Assembly: GCA_951406725.2 (NCBI GenBank)
Contig: OX597829.1
Location: 43,958,001-44,022,000, forward strand
DNA: 64,000 nt
Reading direction: 5' to 3'
Source of the DNA: Octopus vulgaris
Taxonomy: Eukaryota
The notes under the pieces are model-generated. The model was not told the DNA's origin, ran no database searches, and saw nothing but the letters and a program-made list of their open reading frames with translations. Both the position numbers and the translations under genes were made by a program. This document shows positions 12,804 through 28,355 of the stretch, piece after piece. Numbering within the stretch: the first letter of the stretch is position 1; the number at the start of each line of letters is the position of its first letter.

Positions 12804-13296
12804 GTGTGTGCGTGTGCGTCTGTGTGTGTGTGTCTATTTTTGGGTACCACTAAGATTCACTCTGTCATTAATCTGAATATCTTGTAATGTGGGACCGTTC
12901 AGGAGACGGGAAAACAAATTTAACAAAGTGAGGTTCCGCTAGAATGAATTACACACAACTTCAAATTGTTCAGGGCTTGTTTCCGTTTGTAAGTCTGCTT
13001 TGGTCATGTTGAGGCAGCGACCTTTGCGAATACAACAAATTCAAATAAAATAAGTTCAAGTGAAGTCAGCGACTACATTTCCCTCGTTTACGCACATACA
13101 CAAACACATACATACATACACATGTACACATAACACAATGTAGGTATACTAATATGCATAACTACATACGCATACACATATACATACTGATATATATATA
13201 TATGCATAGATATTGACACATAGTTAGAAACATATCCATACGCACACGCGTACACATACATATATATGCAAAGACACCGACACATATACACAGACG

Positions 13297-13332
<36 letters not shown>

Positions 13333-13467
13333 ACGTATATGTGTATGAATCTAGATATACGTGTATGTGTGTATGTATATTTGTATGTATGTATGTATGT
13401 ATGAATGAATGTACATGCACTCGCACACACACACACACACACACACATAAACACGCACACACACACA

Positions 13468-13555
<88 letters not shown>

Positions 13556-14000
13556 CACATAAACACGCACGCAAACACACACATACTCACATACGAGTGG
13601 TTACTGCATGCTTTCATCTAATAGCGCCATCATAATTTACAGTCCCTGAACTCAACTATGTAAACGTGGTATTGAGACGATATCATCTGGTTTCGCGGGA
13701 TTCCGGCCATAAATCGTTTGATATCCCTATGAAGCTAAGACCCCTGAACGTCTCTCGTTCAACAGATGACAGTAGTAACATTTTGTCAACCCACAACCCA
13801 CAAGCTTCAAGATTAAACATTCCGGGCGATAAACTGCCGGCAGTAAAATTCCAAATGAAAACAATTCCTGATTCGATAAAAGACTACAGTATTTTAGTTC
13901 TTTTATTACCGTGGAATTAGGTTCATCTATGGCCCTTTCTGTTTACTGTATGTGTACCTACTTGTGCAAACGCCGTGTTTGTGCGTGTGTGTGTATGTGT

Positions 14001-14052
<52 letters not shown>

Positions 14053-14366
14053 CTATGTGTAATTAACCATTTTTTTTTATTGGCGTTGGGACACACATGA
14101 AATCTATATATTTACTGATGCATACATATATACATACATACATATATATATATATACATACGCGCGTGTATGAGTGTGTGTGTCTATGTGCGATGTGTAT
14201 AAAATCTTTTACAGTTTTATATATTAATTTATACTTTCAGTGTTACCTTTGTCGGCATTTGAGAACCATACATAATCAAAGCAGATGGGCCTCTCTTTCT
14301 CTCTCTCCCTCTCTTTCTCTGTGTATATTCATACATATACACTGATATATATATATACACATACAA

Positions 14367-14441
<75 letters not shown>

Positions 14442-14727
14442 CAGGTATGTATACATAGGTATGTGTGTGTGTTTGTGTGTACACATACACATATATATAT
14501 ATATACGTCTTCGTGTGCATATTTTTATACGAGTGTTTATGAGTTTGTGTTTGCGAATAACGGTTTCGTTGAAAATCATTGGTTCATCCGTATTCTGGTG
14601 TTGTGGTTTGTTTATTTCATGTTTGTCTCTATTTTACAGCTGGGTTTCTGGCGGTTTGTGTCTCTCGTCAGTTGCGACGATGATCATACCATTGTTCGAC
14701 CAATTCAAATATCTACTGGTGCAATTA

Positions 14728-15112
14728 TATGGAAGCACTCCGTCGGTTACGACGACGAGGGTTCCGGTTGATCCGAATCAACGGAACAGCCTGCTCGTGA
14801 AATTAACATGTAAGTGGCTGAGCACTCCACAGACACGTGTACCCTTAACGTAGTTCTCGGGGATATTCAGCGTGACACAGAGAGTGACAAGGCCGGCCCT
14901 TTGAAATACAAGTACAACAGAAACAGGAAGTAAGAGTGAGAGAAGGTTGTGGTGAAAGAGTACAGCAGGGATCACCACCATCCCCTGCCGGAGCCTCGTG
15001 GAGCTTTAGGTGTTTTCGCTCAATAAACACTCACAACGCCCGGTCTGGGAATCGAAACCGCGATCCTATGACCGCGAGTCCGCTGCCCTAACCACTGGGC
15101 CATTGCGCCTCC
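14728..15112 (-). mobile_element. Full-length tRNA-derived SINE family C (tail type 1) with 13-bp TSD
   Basis: Head GGAGGCGCAATGGCCCAGTGGTTAGGGCAGCGGAC...GGTTTCGATTCCC; ACTGGTGCAATTA at 14715-14727 and 15113-15125. Confidence 0.9.
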
Positions 15113-15394
15113 ACTGGTGCAATTAACGCGTAAACTGTAATATAGCATTTACTTCACATTCAAGTCGACGTCTTATGCCGTTGTCATCAAAGCGTGACGC
15201 AGTATGTTAAAGCCTGAATCCCTCAATAATATTTACGATCCAAAGGGAAAGAAAGAAATTGATCAATTGGAAGTAACTGAGAGGGACAGGGTGAGAGATA
15301 ACTGTCAACTCCATACCGAATATGCTTACTGTTATGACGCACGTTCGGATGACCCCTACTCAACTATACTCTGTTCTACCTCCTGACGTCTAGG

Positions 15395-15535
15395 CTTGAC
15401 TTTGCCTTTCATCCTTTCGGGGTCGATAAATTAAGTACCAGTTATGCACTGGGGTCGATGTAATCGACTTAATACCTATGTCTGTCCTTGTTTGTCCCCT
15501 CTCTGTTTAGCCCCTTGTGGGTAATAAAGAAATAT
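15395..15535 (+). mobile_element. 5'-truncated SINE family B
   Basis: GACTTTGCCTTTCATCCTTTCGGGGTCG...AATAAAGAAATA. Confidence 0.85.
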
Positions 15536-16268
15536 GTATATCTACGTATTGGGCTAGCCTACTTCATCGTCTGGAGGCGTCCACACAACACTTACTTTAT
15601 TTACCAACACACAAAATAAATGAGGAAGGTCCAAGTAAAGTTCGCTCGGCGAGATTTGTTCTCAGAATGCAGAGATTCGGAACGAATAACAGAAGCCATT
15701 GTATCTGACATATTTTGACGAGTGAGAAAAATACTGGTTTACTATTATTTTCATTAGTTTTTCTTTTTGCTATAAAAGAAAATAATGTCAATATCGACGC
15801 TGGAGATATTGAACAACGGATAGGTTATCGCATGAAATAACTTGTATTTAATTGCAAACCTTTATATTCTGAGATCAGATTCCGAAGAGATTAACTTTCG
15901 CTTTCAAGCTTCGTGAGACAATGAAATAAAATGGCGCTCACGAATTGGGTTCGTTATATTCGACTATACCGATATATTAAATTTGAAGCCTTGAGTTCAT
16001 GTTAGAAATCAATATTTCTGGTGGTTTCTTGAAGCGATTCTCTGCTGTTGTTGTTCATATTTACGCATATACACATCTTATATTCTTTCACGAGTTTTAT
16101 TCATCACACTTAATCCCATATTGGATCGTCTTCAACTATATAACCACACATATAGATAATGTTCTTGACATTAACATATTTTAGCAGGATTATCTCGAGA
16201 GGATTCTAGGCCATTCGTAAAAGCATCAATGCGAGCGAGATTTGAAATTTGATTTCAATATTATAAAG

Positions 16269-16360
16269 CAGTGGTTCCCAACCCTTTATCTAAATGGGTT
16301 TTCCCACGGACCCCTTTTAATAAGCTTATCCTTATGTATATATTTATATATGTGTGTGTA

Positions 16361-16429
<69 letters not shown>

Positions 16430-16533
16430 ATGTGTGTGCTTGTGTGTGTGAAATTTTGAATTTCGTTCACGGCCTCCCAGTGCTAACTTTGCAGACCACC
16501 ATGGACCCGCGGACACCAGGTTGGGAACTACTG
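16269..16533. mobile_element. hAT-type MITE
   Basis: TIRs CAGTGGTTCCCAACC / GGTTGGGAACTACTG; 8-bp flanks TTATAAAG / GTACAAAG. Confidence 0.8.
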
Positions 16534-16812
16534 GTACAAAGTGAAGTAACTAAACATCATTATTTACATTATTTACATTTGACGGATATTTGTCCTCGTC
16601 TTGTTTGTTGTTAGCACAACGTTTCGGCTGACTATTGAATAAGTGCTAGGATTTTAAAGAAAAAGAAAAGAACTTAAACCCTTTTTACGGCGGTGCCCCA
16701 GCATGGCTGCAGTCTAACGACGCTAACAAGTTGAAGTTAAGAAAAAACAAACATATGTTACGTTTGAAATACTTATACCATGAATATATATTTTCGTGCA
16801 TGCGTGTGTATC

Positions 16813-16846
<34 letters not shown>

Positions 16847-17052
16847 TTGTGAGAATGCGCATTTAATGGCTTATTAAATGGTCAATATTTGACTTTAAAA
16901 AATGTAATATTACGCATATAATATAAGAAAGACACGTTGCAACCAGTAGTTTTTCAGACTACGAAATTGTGTAAATTACAGTTTTACTGAGCTTAACGTA
17001 TTGCTTCTGTATTTAGACATATTTCTTTTAGACGAAATATGTCTACTGTACC

Positions 17053-17278
17053 TATTTCTTCACTACCCACAAGGGGCTACACACAGAGAGGACACAGAAG
17101 GACAGACAAACGGATTAAGTCGATTACATCAACCCCAATGCGTAACTGGTACTTAATTTATCGACCCCGAAAGGATGAAAGGCAAAGTCGACCTCGGCGG
17201 AATTTGAACTCAGAACGTAGCGGCAGACGAAATACAGTTAGGCATTTCGCCCGGCGTGCTAACGATTCTGCCAGCTCG
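17053..17278 (-). mobile_element. SINE family B monomer with 14-bp TSD
   Basis: ATGTCTACTGTACC at 17039-17052 and 17279-17292. Confidence 0.92.
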
Positions 17279-17733
17279 ATGTCTACTGTACCATTTTATT
17301 GTTAGTCGTTTCTGCCATCGTCGAAAATGATGACTTTATGCGACAAGGCAACGTCTTAAATCCTACCGACCGACCAGGTATTATATTTCAAAATTAAACA
17401 GCCGAAATCTGCGATGAGGAATCAGTTTCTGACTGAAGAACGAAGGTTTTGAATGACCCGTCTGTCTCTTATGTTCGTCCCTTTCTGTATTTCACGTTAT
17501 TTATTTATGTAAAGGTTTAATATATTTCAAACTTTTACGTATTTTATAGATCTCAGAAGAATGAAAAAAAATCAAATCAAATCACAACACGAGCCTGATG
17601 TGAACTCAGAACATAAAGAGAGAAGCAACGACCAAATATAACCAACCAAATTCAATAAGATATTTTTGTCTGGCTCTGTAGCGATTCTGCCATTCACTCA
17701 CCTAATGTAAAACTGAAAATAATAATAAGAGCC

Positions 17734-18150
17734 AGGCTGTGTGGTAGGTAGCTTGTCTACCAACCACATGGTTCTGGGTTCAGTCCCACTGCGTGGCACC
17801 ATGGGCAGGCGTCTTCTACTATAGCCTCGGGCCGACCAAAGCCTTGTGAGTGGATTTGGTAGACGGAAACTGAAAGAAGCCCGTCGTATATATGTATATA
17901 TATATATGCGTGTGTGTGCTTGTGTGTCTGTGTTTGTTCCCCTAGCATTGCTTGACAACGGATGCTGGTGTGTTTATGTCCCCGTTACATAGCGGTTCGG
18001 CAAAAAGAGACCGATAGAATAAGTACTGGACTTACAAAAGAATAAGTGCCGGGGTCGAGTTGCTCGATTAAAGGTGGTGCTCCAGCATGGCCGCAGTCAG
18101 TCAAATGACTGAAACAAGTAAAAAGAGAGAGTAAAAAGAAAAAAGAGAGT
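17734..18150 (+). mobile_element. SINE family A
   Basis: Full head, CORE-like segment, internal microsatellite and tail. Confidence 0.9.
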
Positions 18151-18860
18151 AATTGAAATCGACATGTAATTCTGTAAATTCTTGTCTTCCCACTATAAGT
18201 TTATTTATCTCTTGTGTGTTTGTTCGCTGCTTTCCCTATCGTTTCTGCTGCGGCCGTTGACAATATTATGAATATTCAATGTTTATAAAACTATGCATTA
18301 TACGCCAGTTAAGTGTTCATAAAGATGATGATGCGGGGAAGATGGCGGCGGAAGAAGAGGTTAACCAATTATGAAAATATTTGCCCCAATAAATAAACAA
18401 ATAAATAGCATCTGATCGTATGTCGTCGTCGTCGTTTGCTTCGGTGGTTGTCATGGAAATTATGTGGCAGTGTCGTGTCGTGTGGTATGGATGGCCATCG
18501 TAATCTGTAATAGTTTCTTCTCTTCTGCTTGGTGGTGGTGGTGGCGGCGGCCGAGAGACTGAATATAGATGGGGGATGTGAATATAGACAAAGCTATAGG
18601 GAGAGAGAGAGAGAGAGGAAGAGAGAGGAAGAGAGAGAAAGAGAGAGAGAGAGGAAGTGTTAGAATGAGGATGCCATAGGGGGACAGTAAGGAAAGCGAA
18701 ATTAGAGATATAGAGTGAAGTATTCAGAAATCGTAGGAAAAGTAAGGAAGCATGTTTACACACACACACACACAAACACACACAGATACAAACATATACA
18801 CACAGATACAAACATACACACATACATACATACATACAATATAAATGTGTCTGTATATAT

Positions 18861-18917
<57 letters not shown>

Positions 18918-18969
18918 ATGTATATATATATATACATACAATATAAATGTGTCTGTATATATATAAATG

Positions 18970-19111
<142 letters not shown>

Positions 19112-19133
19112 ATATATGGATATAAATGTATGC

Positions 19134-19169
<36 letters not shown>

Positions 19170-19502
19170 ATATATATATATATATATGTATATACATGTA
19201 TATATATATATTAAGACAGGAAGAGAGAGAGAGAGAGAGAAAGGAGAGGCATGAGTGCAACGAAAGAGTGGGACCGAGAGGTGGAGGTGGATAGGATCGA
19301 ACAGACGGAAGGACATGAGAAAGTAGAAAATAATGAATGCTCAGATATAGATGAAATGTATATGCATGTAAATATGTGCGCGTGTGTGTGTGAGTGTGTG
19401 TGTGTATGTATACGCATATGATGCAAATGCGTAAGTATGTCTATGTATGTGTATATAAGTTTGTGTGTATATATATACGCATATTATGCAAATACTTATA
19501 TA

Positions 19503-19549
<47 letters not shown>

Positions 19550-20249
19550 GCATGTATTACATGTATATGTATAGAAATGCATATATATATGTATATAGGT
19601 GTGTGTATGCGTGTGTATGTGTTTGTGTATGCATGTGTACAAGAGACGGAATAAGCAGGAATGAATTATATACGAATGAAAATATACGTACATATATATA
19701 GTACCATATGTATGCATGCATATATAATTACTACGTATATGCATGCATACACGTTTGCATACATACATATTTCTATACAGAATATATACCTACAAACATA
19801 CATAAACATATACAAGTATACATATATACATACTTACATAAATACACACACACATACACATATATATCTCTTATGATATATATATACATACCAACCTACG
19901 TAACTGCATAGTTACTTTTATACATACATATAATAACTGCATTTATACATACATGTAATAGCAAAAAATACAGACATGATGAACGAAATGAATAAAAGTG
20001 TTTATTAACAGGAGAGCAACATGGTGATAGGAGATCGGAGGCGAAAATTATAAACACATATTCAAATACAACTTTATGAGATACAGAGAAATATGGCGGA
20101 CATTTCAGAGGAGAACAGAGAAAAAGTTAAACGGGAAATTGACTGGAGAGAGATAGAGACTGATGAATGTGAGAAATGGAAGGAGACGAGGGGAGGAGGA
20201 ATGAGTTTGGAGAAAAGTATTTGCATGTGTATATATGTATGTATGTATG

Positions 20250-20283
<34 letters not shown>

Positions 20284-20295
20284 CATATATGTATG

Positions 20296-20341
<46 letters not shown>

Positions 20342-20515
20342 CATATACATACATATATATCTAAATGTAAGTATGCATGTATATATACATGCATATACAC
20401 ATGTATATACATACACACATAAATACATACATACATACATACATACATACATACATACACACATACATACATACATACATACATACATACATACATACAT
20501 ACATACATACATACA

Positions 20516-20573
<58 letters not shown>

Positions 20574-20574
20574 A

Positions 20575-20652
20575 CTCCCACTGCGTGGCACCATGGTCAA
20601 GTGTCTTCTGCTATAGCCTTGTGAGTGGATTTGGTAGACGAAAACTGAAACG

Positions 20653-20712
<60 letters not shown>

Positions 20713-20735
20713 TGTGGGTATGTATGTGTGTATAT

Positions 20736-20788
<53 letters not shown>

Positions 20789-21010
20789 TGTGTATGCGTC
20801 TGTCTTCGTGTCAGTGTTTGTCCCCCACCACCGCTTGAGAACTGCTGTTGATGTTTTTACGTCCCCACAACTTACAAGTTTGACCCAAAATTTCGATACA
20901 GTAAGAACCAGTCTGAGTAATATGAGCACAGAGGTTGGTTCATTCGATTAAGCATTTTTCAAGGCGGTGCCCCAGCAAGGCCGTAGTCTAATGTCTGAAA
21001 CGTGTAAAGG
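20575..21010 (+). mobile_element. Diverged SINE family A with expanded (TG)n
   Basis: CCCACTGCGTGGCACC...AAGGCGGTGCCCCAGCAAGGCC. Confidence 0.8.
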
Positions 21011-21428
21011 AGAATGAAGAAAAAAAGTTATATACTGAGAGAGGGGAAAAGAAAGAGAGCTAGAGAGAGATAGAGAAGAAAAGATGGAAATTATATATAT
21101 GTATATTATGTATATAATTTTATATACGAACACACACATATACACACACACACACATATAGTGATACACGCAAACACACCCACACATACACACGCACCAA
21201 TTTATATGCATATGCACATGTATGCTTAGATATTTACTCACACACAGAGGCACAAACACAGACACATACATACACATGATCGTGTGTTTTGTGTGTATGT
21301 GTGTGTGTGTGTGTGTACATATATATATATATACACATGTACACATGTACACAGAAACACACACACACACACACAGACACATATATATATATACATATGC
21401 ATGTGCGCGTATATTATGTGTGCATATA

Positions 21429-21495
<67 letters not shown>

Positions 21496-22149
21496 GCATG
21501 TTTGGATGTACGTATGTATGCATGTATATATTATGTATGTATGGACAGATAGATAGAGGTGGAGAGAGAAAGAGAGACAGACAGGCAGACAGGATGAGAA
21601 GAGAGCAGTGAAAATCCAATGAAACAATACAGGCGGGAGAGATGAGTTTCTGCACATGTGAGCGAAAGAAAGAATGAGGGTGAATGAGAAATTGAAGAAT
21701 GAAGCAGGGATGGAAAAAAAAATCCAGGCGACAGTACATTTCCTGGGATGACTGGACAATATTCAAAGCGGCAGGTTAATTGAAAGTGAACTGATATAGA
21801 ATTGTAAGCGGGCAACGTGTGTGTGTGTGTGTGTGTATCGCAGTATCGACCAAACTGACGGATGTTTCTATACACTGCTATCACAATGCATTTCCTCGCA
21901 TTGTTTTAGTTAGCTTTCGAACGATGCCGCACCGCTGGCTACGTGGCCAGCCTGGAATTCCTCGCCGAACGGAGCTCAAGACCAGCACAGGGTTAAACAA
22001 TTAGCAACTGAACAGAGAGGAGCAACGTGAAACGAAGTGCTTTGTTCGATAACAAAAAAGCACTGGTTCTTTGGGGGATCGTGAGCGTTACATCCTAAAC
22101 CACTAGGCTACACTCGCCTTCGTTGTGGTAAGAAGTTTGTTAGGGATCA

Positions 22150-22487
22150 GGTGTGGTTGCGTGGCAAAAAGCTTGCTTTCTAACCATATAATTCCGGGTT
22201 TAGTCCCACTGCGTGGCACCTTGGATGGGCGCCTTCTACTGCAGCCTCATGCGACAACAACCTCATGAATGGATCTAGCACACGGAAACTGAAAGAAGCT
22301 CATCGTGTGTGTGTAGGTGTATACATGGTGGTGATCCCTGCTGTACTCTTTCGCCACAACTTTCTCTCACTCTTTCTTCTGTTGGCCTGCTCGCGTCATT
22401 TGAAGCCTAAAACAATGTGAAGTGCATTGTGATCAGCGATGTGTAGCAACATCTGAAAGCCTGGTCGGTCACGGTGATCACGGTGAT
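22150..22487 (+). mobile_element. SINE family A 5' half followed by SINE family C 3' part (tail type 2)
   Basis: 22150-22310 matches the family A head; 22325-22487 matches the reverse complement of 43021-43180. Confidence 0.75.
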
Positions 22488-22515
22488 ATATATATATATA
22501 TACATATATATATAT

Positions 22516-22559
<44 letters not shown>

Positions 22560-22560
22560 G

Positions 22561-22617
<57 letters not shown>

Positions 22618-22764
22618 GTATATATATATATACATACGCCGTGTGTAAACAAACAAGTTTACTTTTGAAGCGTTGAAATGTATTGTAGAACAAGTAGAAA
22701 GATAAATTTTTTTCAACGCATAGAAACTGAAGAGTATACACACTCATACACACACACACACACA

Positions 22765-22868
<104 letters not shown>

Positions 22869-22879
22869 CATAAATGGTA

Positions 22880-23346
22880 ACAAGCATCGTATGTCCAGGA
22901 AATTGGTTGCATGCACGAGAATTCGAAAAAGAAGCAACCCAGACAAGGGAAAAGATTTAGCACAATTTTGCTCGACGGCAATGGTTGTCCTCACACTCTT
23001 CAAGCTACGGTCCAAAAGTTGCAACGTCCGAATTATGAGATTTTGCAACATCCTCCCTATTCCCCTGATATCTCCCCTACTTATCATCACTTATTTAAGC
23101 TTTTTGAACTTTTCATAAGCAATAAAACATTCTTAGATAGAGAAGAGGTAATTAAAGAATTCGCACAGTTTTATCACAGCAAAAGATGAATGTCTTTAGA
23201 CGGAATATATGACGTAGAGAAACGTTGAGCAAACATTATAAATGGACATGAATCATACTTTGATTAAATAAATCAGTTCTCTTCTAACACTGCTGAAACA
23301 TTATATTGTTACCTTCCAAATATGACATTTCATGTGAAACAACCTA

Positions 23347-23348
<2 letters not shown>
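22880..23348 (+). pseudogene. Mariner (DD34D) transposase 3' fragment with right terminus
   Basis: ORF 22911-23189 contains LLDGNGCPHT (HDNARPH-like) and HPPYSPDISPTYHHLF; ends TTTCATGTGAAACAACCTAA. Confidence 0.85.
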
Positions 23349-23384
<36 letters not shown>

Positions 23385-23385
<1 letters not shown>

Positions 23386-24224
23386 TTTTACTTGTTTCAG
23401 TCATTTGACTGCGGCCATGCTGGAGCACCGCCTTTAGTCGAGCAAATCGACCCTGGGACTTATTCTTTGTAAGCCCAGTACTTATTCTATCGGTCTCTTT
23501 TGCCGAACTGCTAAGTGACGGGGACGTAAACACACCGTCATCGGTTGTCAAGCAATGCTAGGGGGACAAACATATACACACAAACACACACACATACACA
23601 TACACACACATATATATATATATATATATACATATATACGACACGCTTCTTTCAGTTTCCGTCTACCAAATCCACTCACAAGGCATTGGTCGGCCCGGGG
23701 CTATAGCAGAAGACACTTGCCCAAGATGCCACGCAGTGGGACTGAACCCGGAACCATGTGGTTGGTTAGCAAGCTACTTACCACACAGCCACTCTTGCGC
23801 CTATATATATATATATATATATATACTTTTTTACTTACTTGTTTCAGTCATTTGACTGCGGCCATGCTGGAGCACCACCTTTAGTCGAACAAATCGACCC
23901 CAGGACTTATTCTTTATAAGCCCAGTACTTATTCTATCGGTCTCTTTTGCCGAACCGCTAAGTGACGGGGACGTAAACACACCAGCATCGGTTGTCAAGC
24001 AATGCTAGGGGGACAAACACAGAGACACACATACACACACACATATATATATACATATATACGACAGGCTTCTTTCAGTTTCCGTCTACCAAATCCACTC
24101 ACAAGGCATTGGTCGGCCCAGGGCTATAGCAGAAGACACTTGCCCAAGATGCCACGCAGTGGGACTGAACCCGGAACCATGTGGTTGGTAAACAAGCTAC
24201 TTACCACACAGCCACTCCTGCGTC
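23385..24224 (-). mobile_element. Two head-to-tail full-length SINE family A copies
   Basis: 23385-23802 and 23826-24224 are near-identical and separated by (TA)n. Confidence 0.92.
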
Positions 24225-24389
24225 TATATATATATATATATATATATTTCATATATATTTATATATACACACACACATATATATATATGGTGGTGATGGT
24301 GGTAGTGGTGGTGGTGATGGTGGTGATGGTACTTGTGCTGGTGTCGGTAATGATTCTGTTGCTACTGATATTGACAATGGTAATACCCT

Positions 24390-24790
24390 TCTTAGTCTTA
24401 CTTCCTCTTGTTCCTAATGGCACACTGGGCGAGGAGGTGCCGCCACTGAGTGAGATCTGCTGCGGCCGTTCTCTTTTTTTGTTTTTCTTGCATCAGTTCA
24501 GGTCAATTACACTTCCCTTAAGTCCTCTCCCTTGTTTTGTTTTTTCCCCAGCAAGTGTCCATGTCAATGCAGTGTGTGGCATCCTGTGATCCGGTAGCCG
24601 TTTCAAATGTCCGATGAATCGTAATTTCCACTTTTTGACCGTGACCGGATAAATGGTCTAGCTCTGACCACAGCCTGACCTCCTCATTACAGATGTAATC
24701 TTTCCACTATATTCCAAGCATAACACGAATGCATCGTCTATAGAAGACGTCCAATTTTGCTGATGATTCTCACTGTGCTTTTCCATTTAG
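24390..24790 (-). pseudogene. 3' end of an RTE-type LINE ORF
   Basis: The minus strand reads, with frameshifts, KLDVFYRRCIRVMLGI...WKDYICNEEV...KWKLRFIGHLKRLPDHRMPHTALTW, typical of the RTE C-terminus. Confidence 0.75.
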
Positions 24791-25357
24791 GTTATATCCT
24801 TAGTGTTAAGTAAACCCGTGGCGGCAGGCAGTGTTTCTAGAAGAAATTCTTGTGGCGGTAATAATTGTAGCTCTAATGTTTTAGAAACGTTCCAGTAATC
24901 ATTCAGCGATTACCACAACCCAAAGTGCTGCCCTGCTGTTATTAATATCCTTATTCACACTTTCTCTTCCATCAGTCCTCGCAGAAATCTTTACCGTTTT
25001 CTTGAGCGAGTCCCGATCAGCTTTGAATGCAACGGTAAACGCAGCTTGTAATTAATTATTGGCACATATAATTATGTGAGAGTGATCTTTTTCTTTCTTT
25101 TTTTTTCTTCTTCTTCTCAGTTAATTGCTGTAATTGAAATGAACCAAACCAACATTCAAGTTAACAATCTGCATCCCATTCTTACTGTTGTAATTGTTAC
25201 TGTTGCTGTTGTGGATCCAACTGTTTTCTTTTTATTTTGTTTGTGTTTGTTTTTTTTTCTTGTGACACACAGCTACCGTATCAAGGGTATTGATGTACAA
25301 TCCAGCCACGAAAATTATTTTTTTAAATTTTATTGGGATAACTAGCAATACGTTATC

Positions 25358-25549
25358 AGGAGTGGTTATGTGGTAAGTAGCTTGTCTACCAACCACATGG
25401 TTCCGGGTTCAGTCCCATTGCGTGGCACCTTGGGCAAAGGTCTTCCACTTTAGCCTCGGGCCGAATAAAGCCTTGTGAGTGGATTTGGTAGACGGAAACT
25501 GAAAGAAGCCCGTCGTATATATATGTATATATATGTATATATATATATA

Positions 25550-25590
<41 letters not shown>

Positions 25591-25797
25591 TTGTATCTGT
25601 GTTTGTCCCCAGCATCGCTTAACAACCGATGTTGGTGTGTTTACGTCCCCGTAGCTTAGCGGTTCGACAAAAGAGTCCGATGCAATAAGTACTAGGCTTA
25701 TTAAGAATAAGTCCTGGGGTCGATTCTCTCGACTAAAGACAGTGCTGCAGCATGGCCGCAGTCAAATGACTGAAACAAGTAAAAGAGTAAAAGAGTA
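25358..25797 (+). mobile_element. SINE family A, full length
   Basis: CAGGAGTGGTTATGTGGTAAG...AAAAGAGTAAAAGAG. Confidence 0.9.
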
Positions 25798-26352
25798 AAT
25801 GTAGCTTTCTTTACGTATTAAAGACGGTTGGATGAGTTCGAGTAAGACTTGACTGCTATTTCTAGCTACAGGATCATCCACACACCACACACCATTTAGA
25901 GCAAGAAAGAGAGAGAGAGGTGGGGAGATAGTGGGAGAGGGATAGGGGAGATAGATAGATAGAGAGGGAGAGAGTTGATTGGTACCGATGATTGTCTAAT
26001 TTGGTAAGACTTTATGTCATCAATTGTAACGCGTGTTGTTGACCTATTAAAGGTTATACCGACTCCACAGTCATTATAACTTAAAAGCTAATTGGTTGCT
26101 ATATCACTTGTCCAAGGTGAAAACCCAGACTGTGGAGAAGAGAAAGGAAAGGTGGGCGACGAGTGATTACTTCCCCTTCTCGATATTGTATTTCAATAGA
26201 GCCATTATTGTTACGTCTCTCTTCAGTTCAATGAAATCTCATAGGTGTATGTCTACTTAAAACGATAATCATACATGACATTGACTGATAGCTAGGCTTC
26301 CTTCGAAGTTTATTCACATGAGTGCGTATATCTATCCATATAGCTATCCATA

Positions 26353-26439
<87 letters not shown>

Positions 26440-26451
26440 ATATCTACCTAC

Positions 26452-26548
<97 letters not shown>

Positions 26549-26554
26549 ACTCTG

Positions 26555-26596
<42 letters not shown>

Positions 26597-26883
26597 CATC
26601 TACCTTCCTACCTATCTATCGAATCTATCTATCTATTTATCCATTCCCTCTCACCGTCTCTCTTTCTAACACACACACATATATATGGATATATGTCTAC
26701 ATATATATGTGTGTGTATATATATATATATATATACATATATACATACATATATACACACATATATATGCACACATTCATATATATGCACATAAATATAT
26801 ACACATATATGTATATATTTGTATATATATGCATATAAGCATATTTATGAATACTACTGTGTATATGTGTAAATATAGATAGC

Positions 26884-27018
<135 letters not shown>

Positions 27019-27288
27019 GTATGTATAAATATAGATAGTTACATAAATAAATATATAACAGATAGAGAAAAGGAGCGAGAGAAATAGAAATATATGTCAG
27101 TTCATGCGGCAGTGCATGTGTTGGGGTGGTGTTTGGGTGGGGAAGGGCGTTTGGATGGTGGGACTCTGTGTGTGTGTGTGTGTGTGTGTAAGCATGATTG
27201 CATCTGTTACATAAAAACTTGCACTATATACAATATTCTATCATGCTAATATATAAATGTTAATGTTACGGTAGTGCTTGATTCGTAA

Positions 27289-27321
<33 letters not shown>

Positions 27322-27727
27322 GAGAGAGAGAGTTAATTAAAACTCCGTTCGTTTTGCTGCATTTTGTTTCTTTCACGAAGAACGCACAACGACATGCTGC
27401 AATGATTACGATACGTGTTTTAATAGATTTCTTTTTCTTCGGTGATGATTGTGAGTGTAACACATGAAACTTTTAGATCACAAGATTTCGTTCTCTTGCC
27501 GATATTTATTTTTATATATGCAGATATTTATAGGCGCTGGCATGGGTATGTAGTTCAGCTCTAGAGTAAAGTATGCTGAGAGAGATTCTTTAATTGTAAG
27601 CTTTGAGCGGACGAATTTATGACTTGTGAGAGAAAATGGTAGGTAAAAGCAGCGAGATCGTCTTCTTTCTAACTATACAGGGTGGCTGTGGGAACAAATA
27701 GACACACACAAACGCGCTCATACATAT

Positions 27728-27796
<69 letters not shown>

Positions 27797-27971
27797 CAAC
27801 AGGCTTCTTTCAGTTTCCCTCTACCAAATCTACTTACAAGCTTTGATCGGCTCGAATCTGTTACAAAAGACACTTGCCCAAGGTGGGACTGAACCCGGAA
27901 CCATGTGGCTGGGAAGCAAACGTCTTACCACACACGCAGTAGATATATTAACAAGGCAAATTTTGCTCTTT

Positions 27972-28355
27972 TTCCGTAGACTGGTAAAAGAATTAGGGAT
28001 AACCTTAATCGAGTTTCTAACCTCATTGAGTTCTCATCAGAAGGGTCTACACCATTTGACCAGTCCCTGAGAAGCAAGCAGGCATTTTGTTTATATACTC
28101 ATCAAATCCTGCAGCTACAGAGAAATGAGTCTACTAATTTGCATACTGTAAGTGTTTAACATTTTATTTAATGGCAGGGGCCTCTCAGTGGGGTACTCAG
28201 TCCATAGAGTACCATGGTGTGATATAATATATAGTAGATATATAACTATTTCTCCGTAGATTGAAAAACATGATTAAGAGACTTATTGAATTTTCGGACC
28301 TTATTGCGTTCTCATCAGAGGTATCTGCATCAATCTAACCAATCCCTTGCAAGTT
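27972..28355 (-). ncRNA. Two diverged ~283-bp-period direct repeats, each carrying a minimal hammerhead-like motif
   Basis: Minus strand CCTT-CTGATGAG-AACTCAATGAGGTTA-GAAACTCGATTAAGG (~28003-28045) and ACCT-CTGATGAG-AACGCAATAAGGTCC-GAAAATTCAATAAG (~28282-28325); flanks CCGTAGA(C/T)TG are homologous. Confidence 0.5.

Noticed and set aside
15040-15112. tRNA gene
   Set aside because: It is the head of a TSD-flanked SINE with a degenerate cloverleaf; the same applies to all other tRNA-like heads here.
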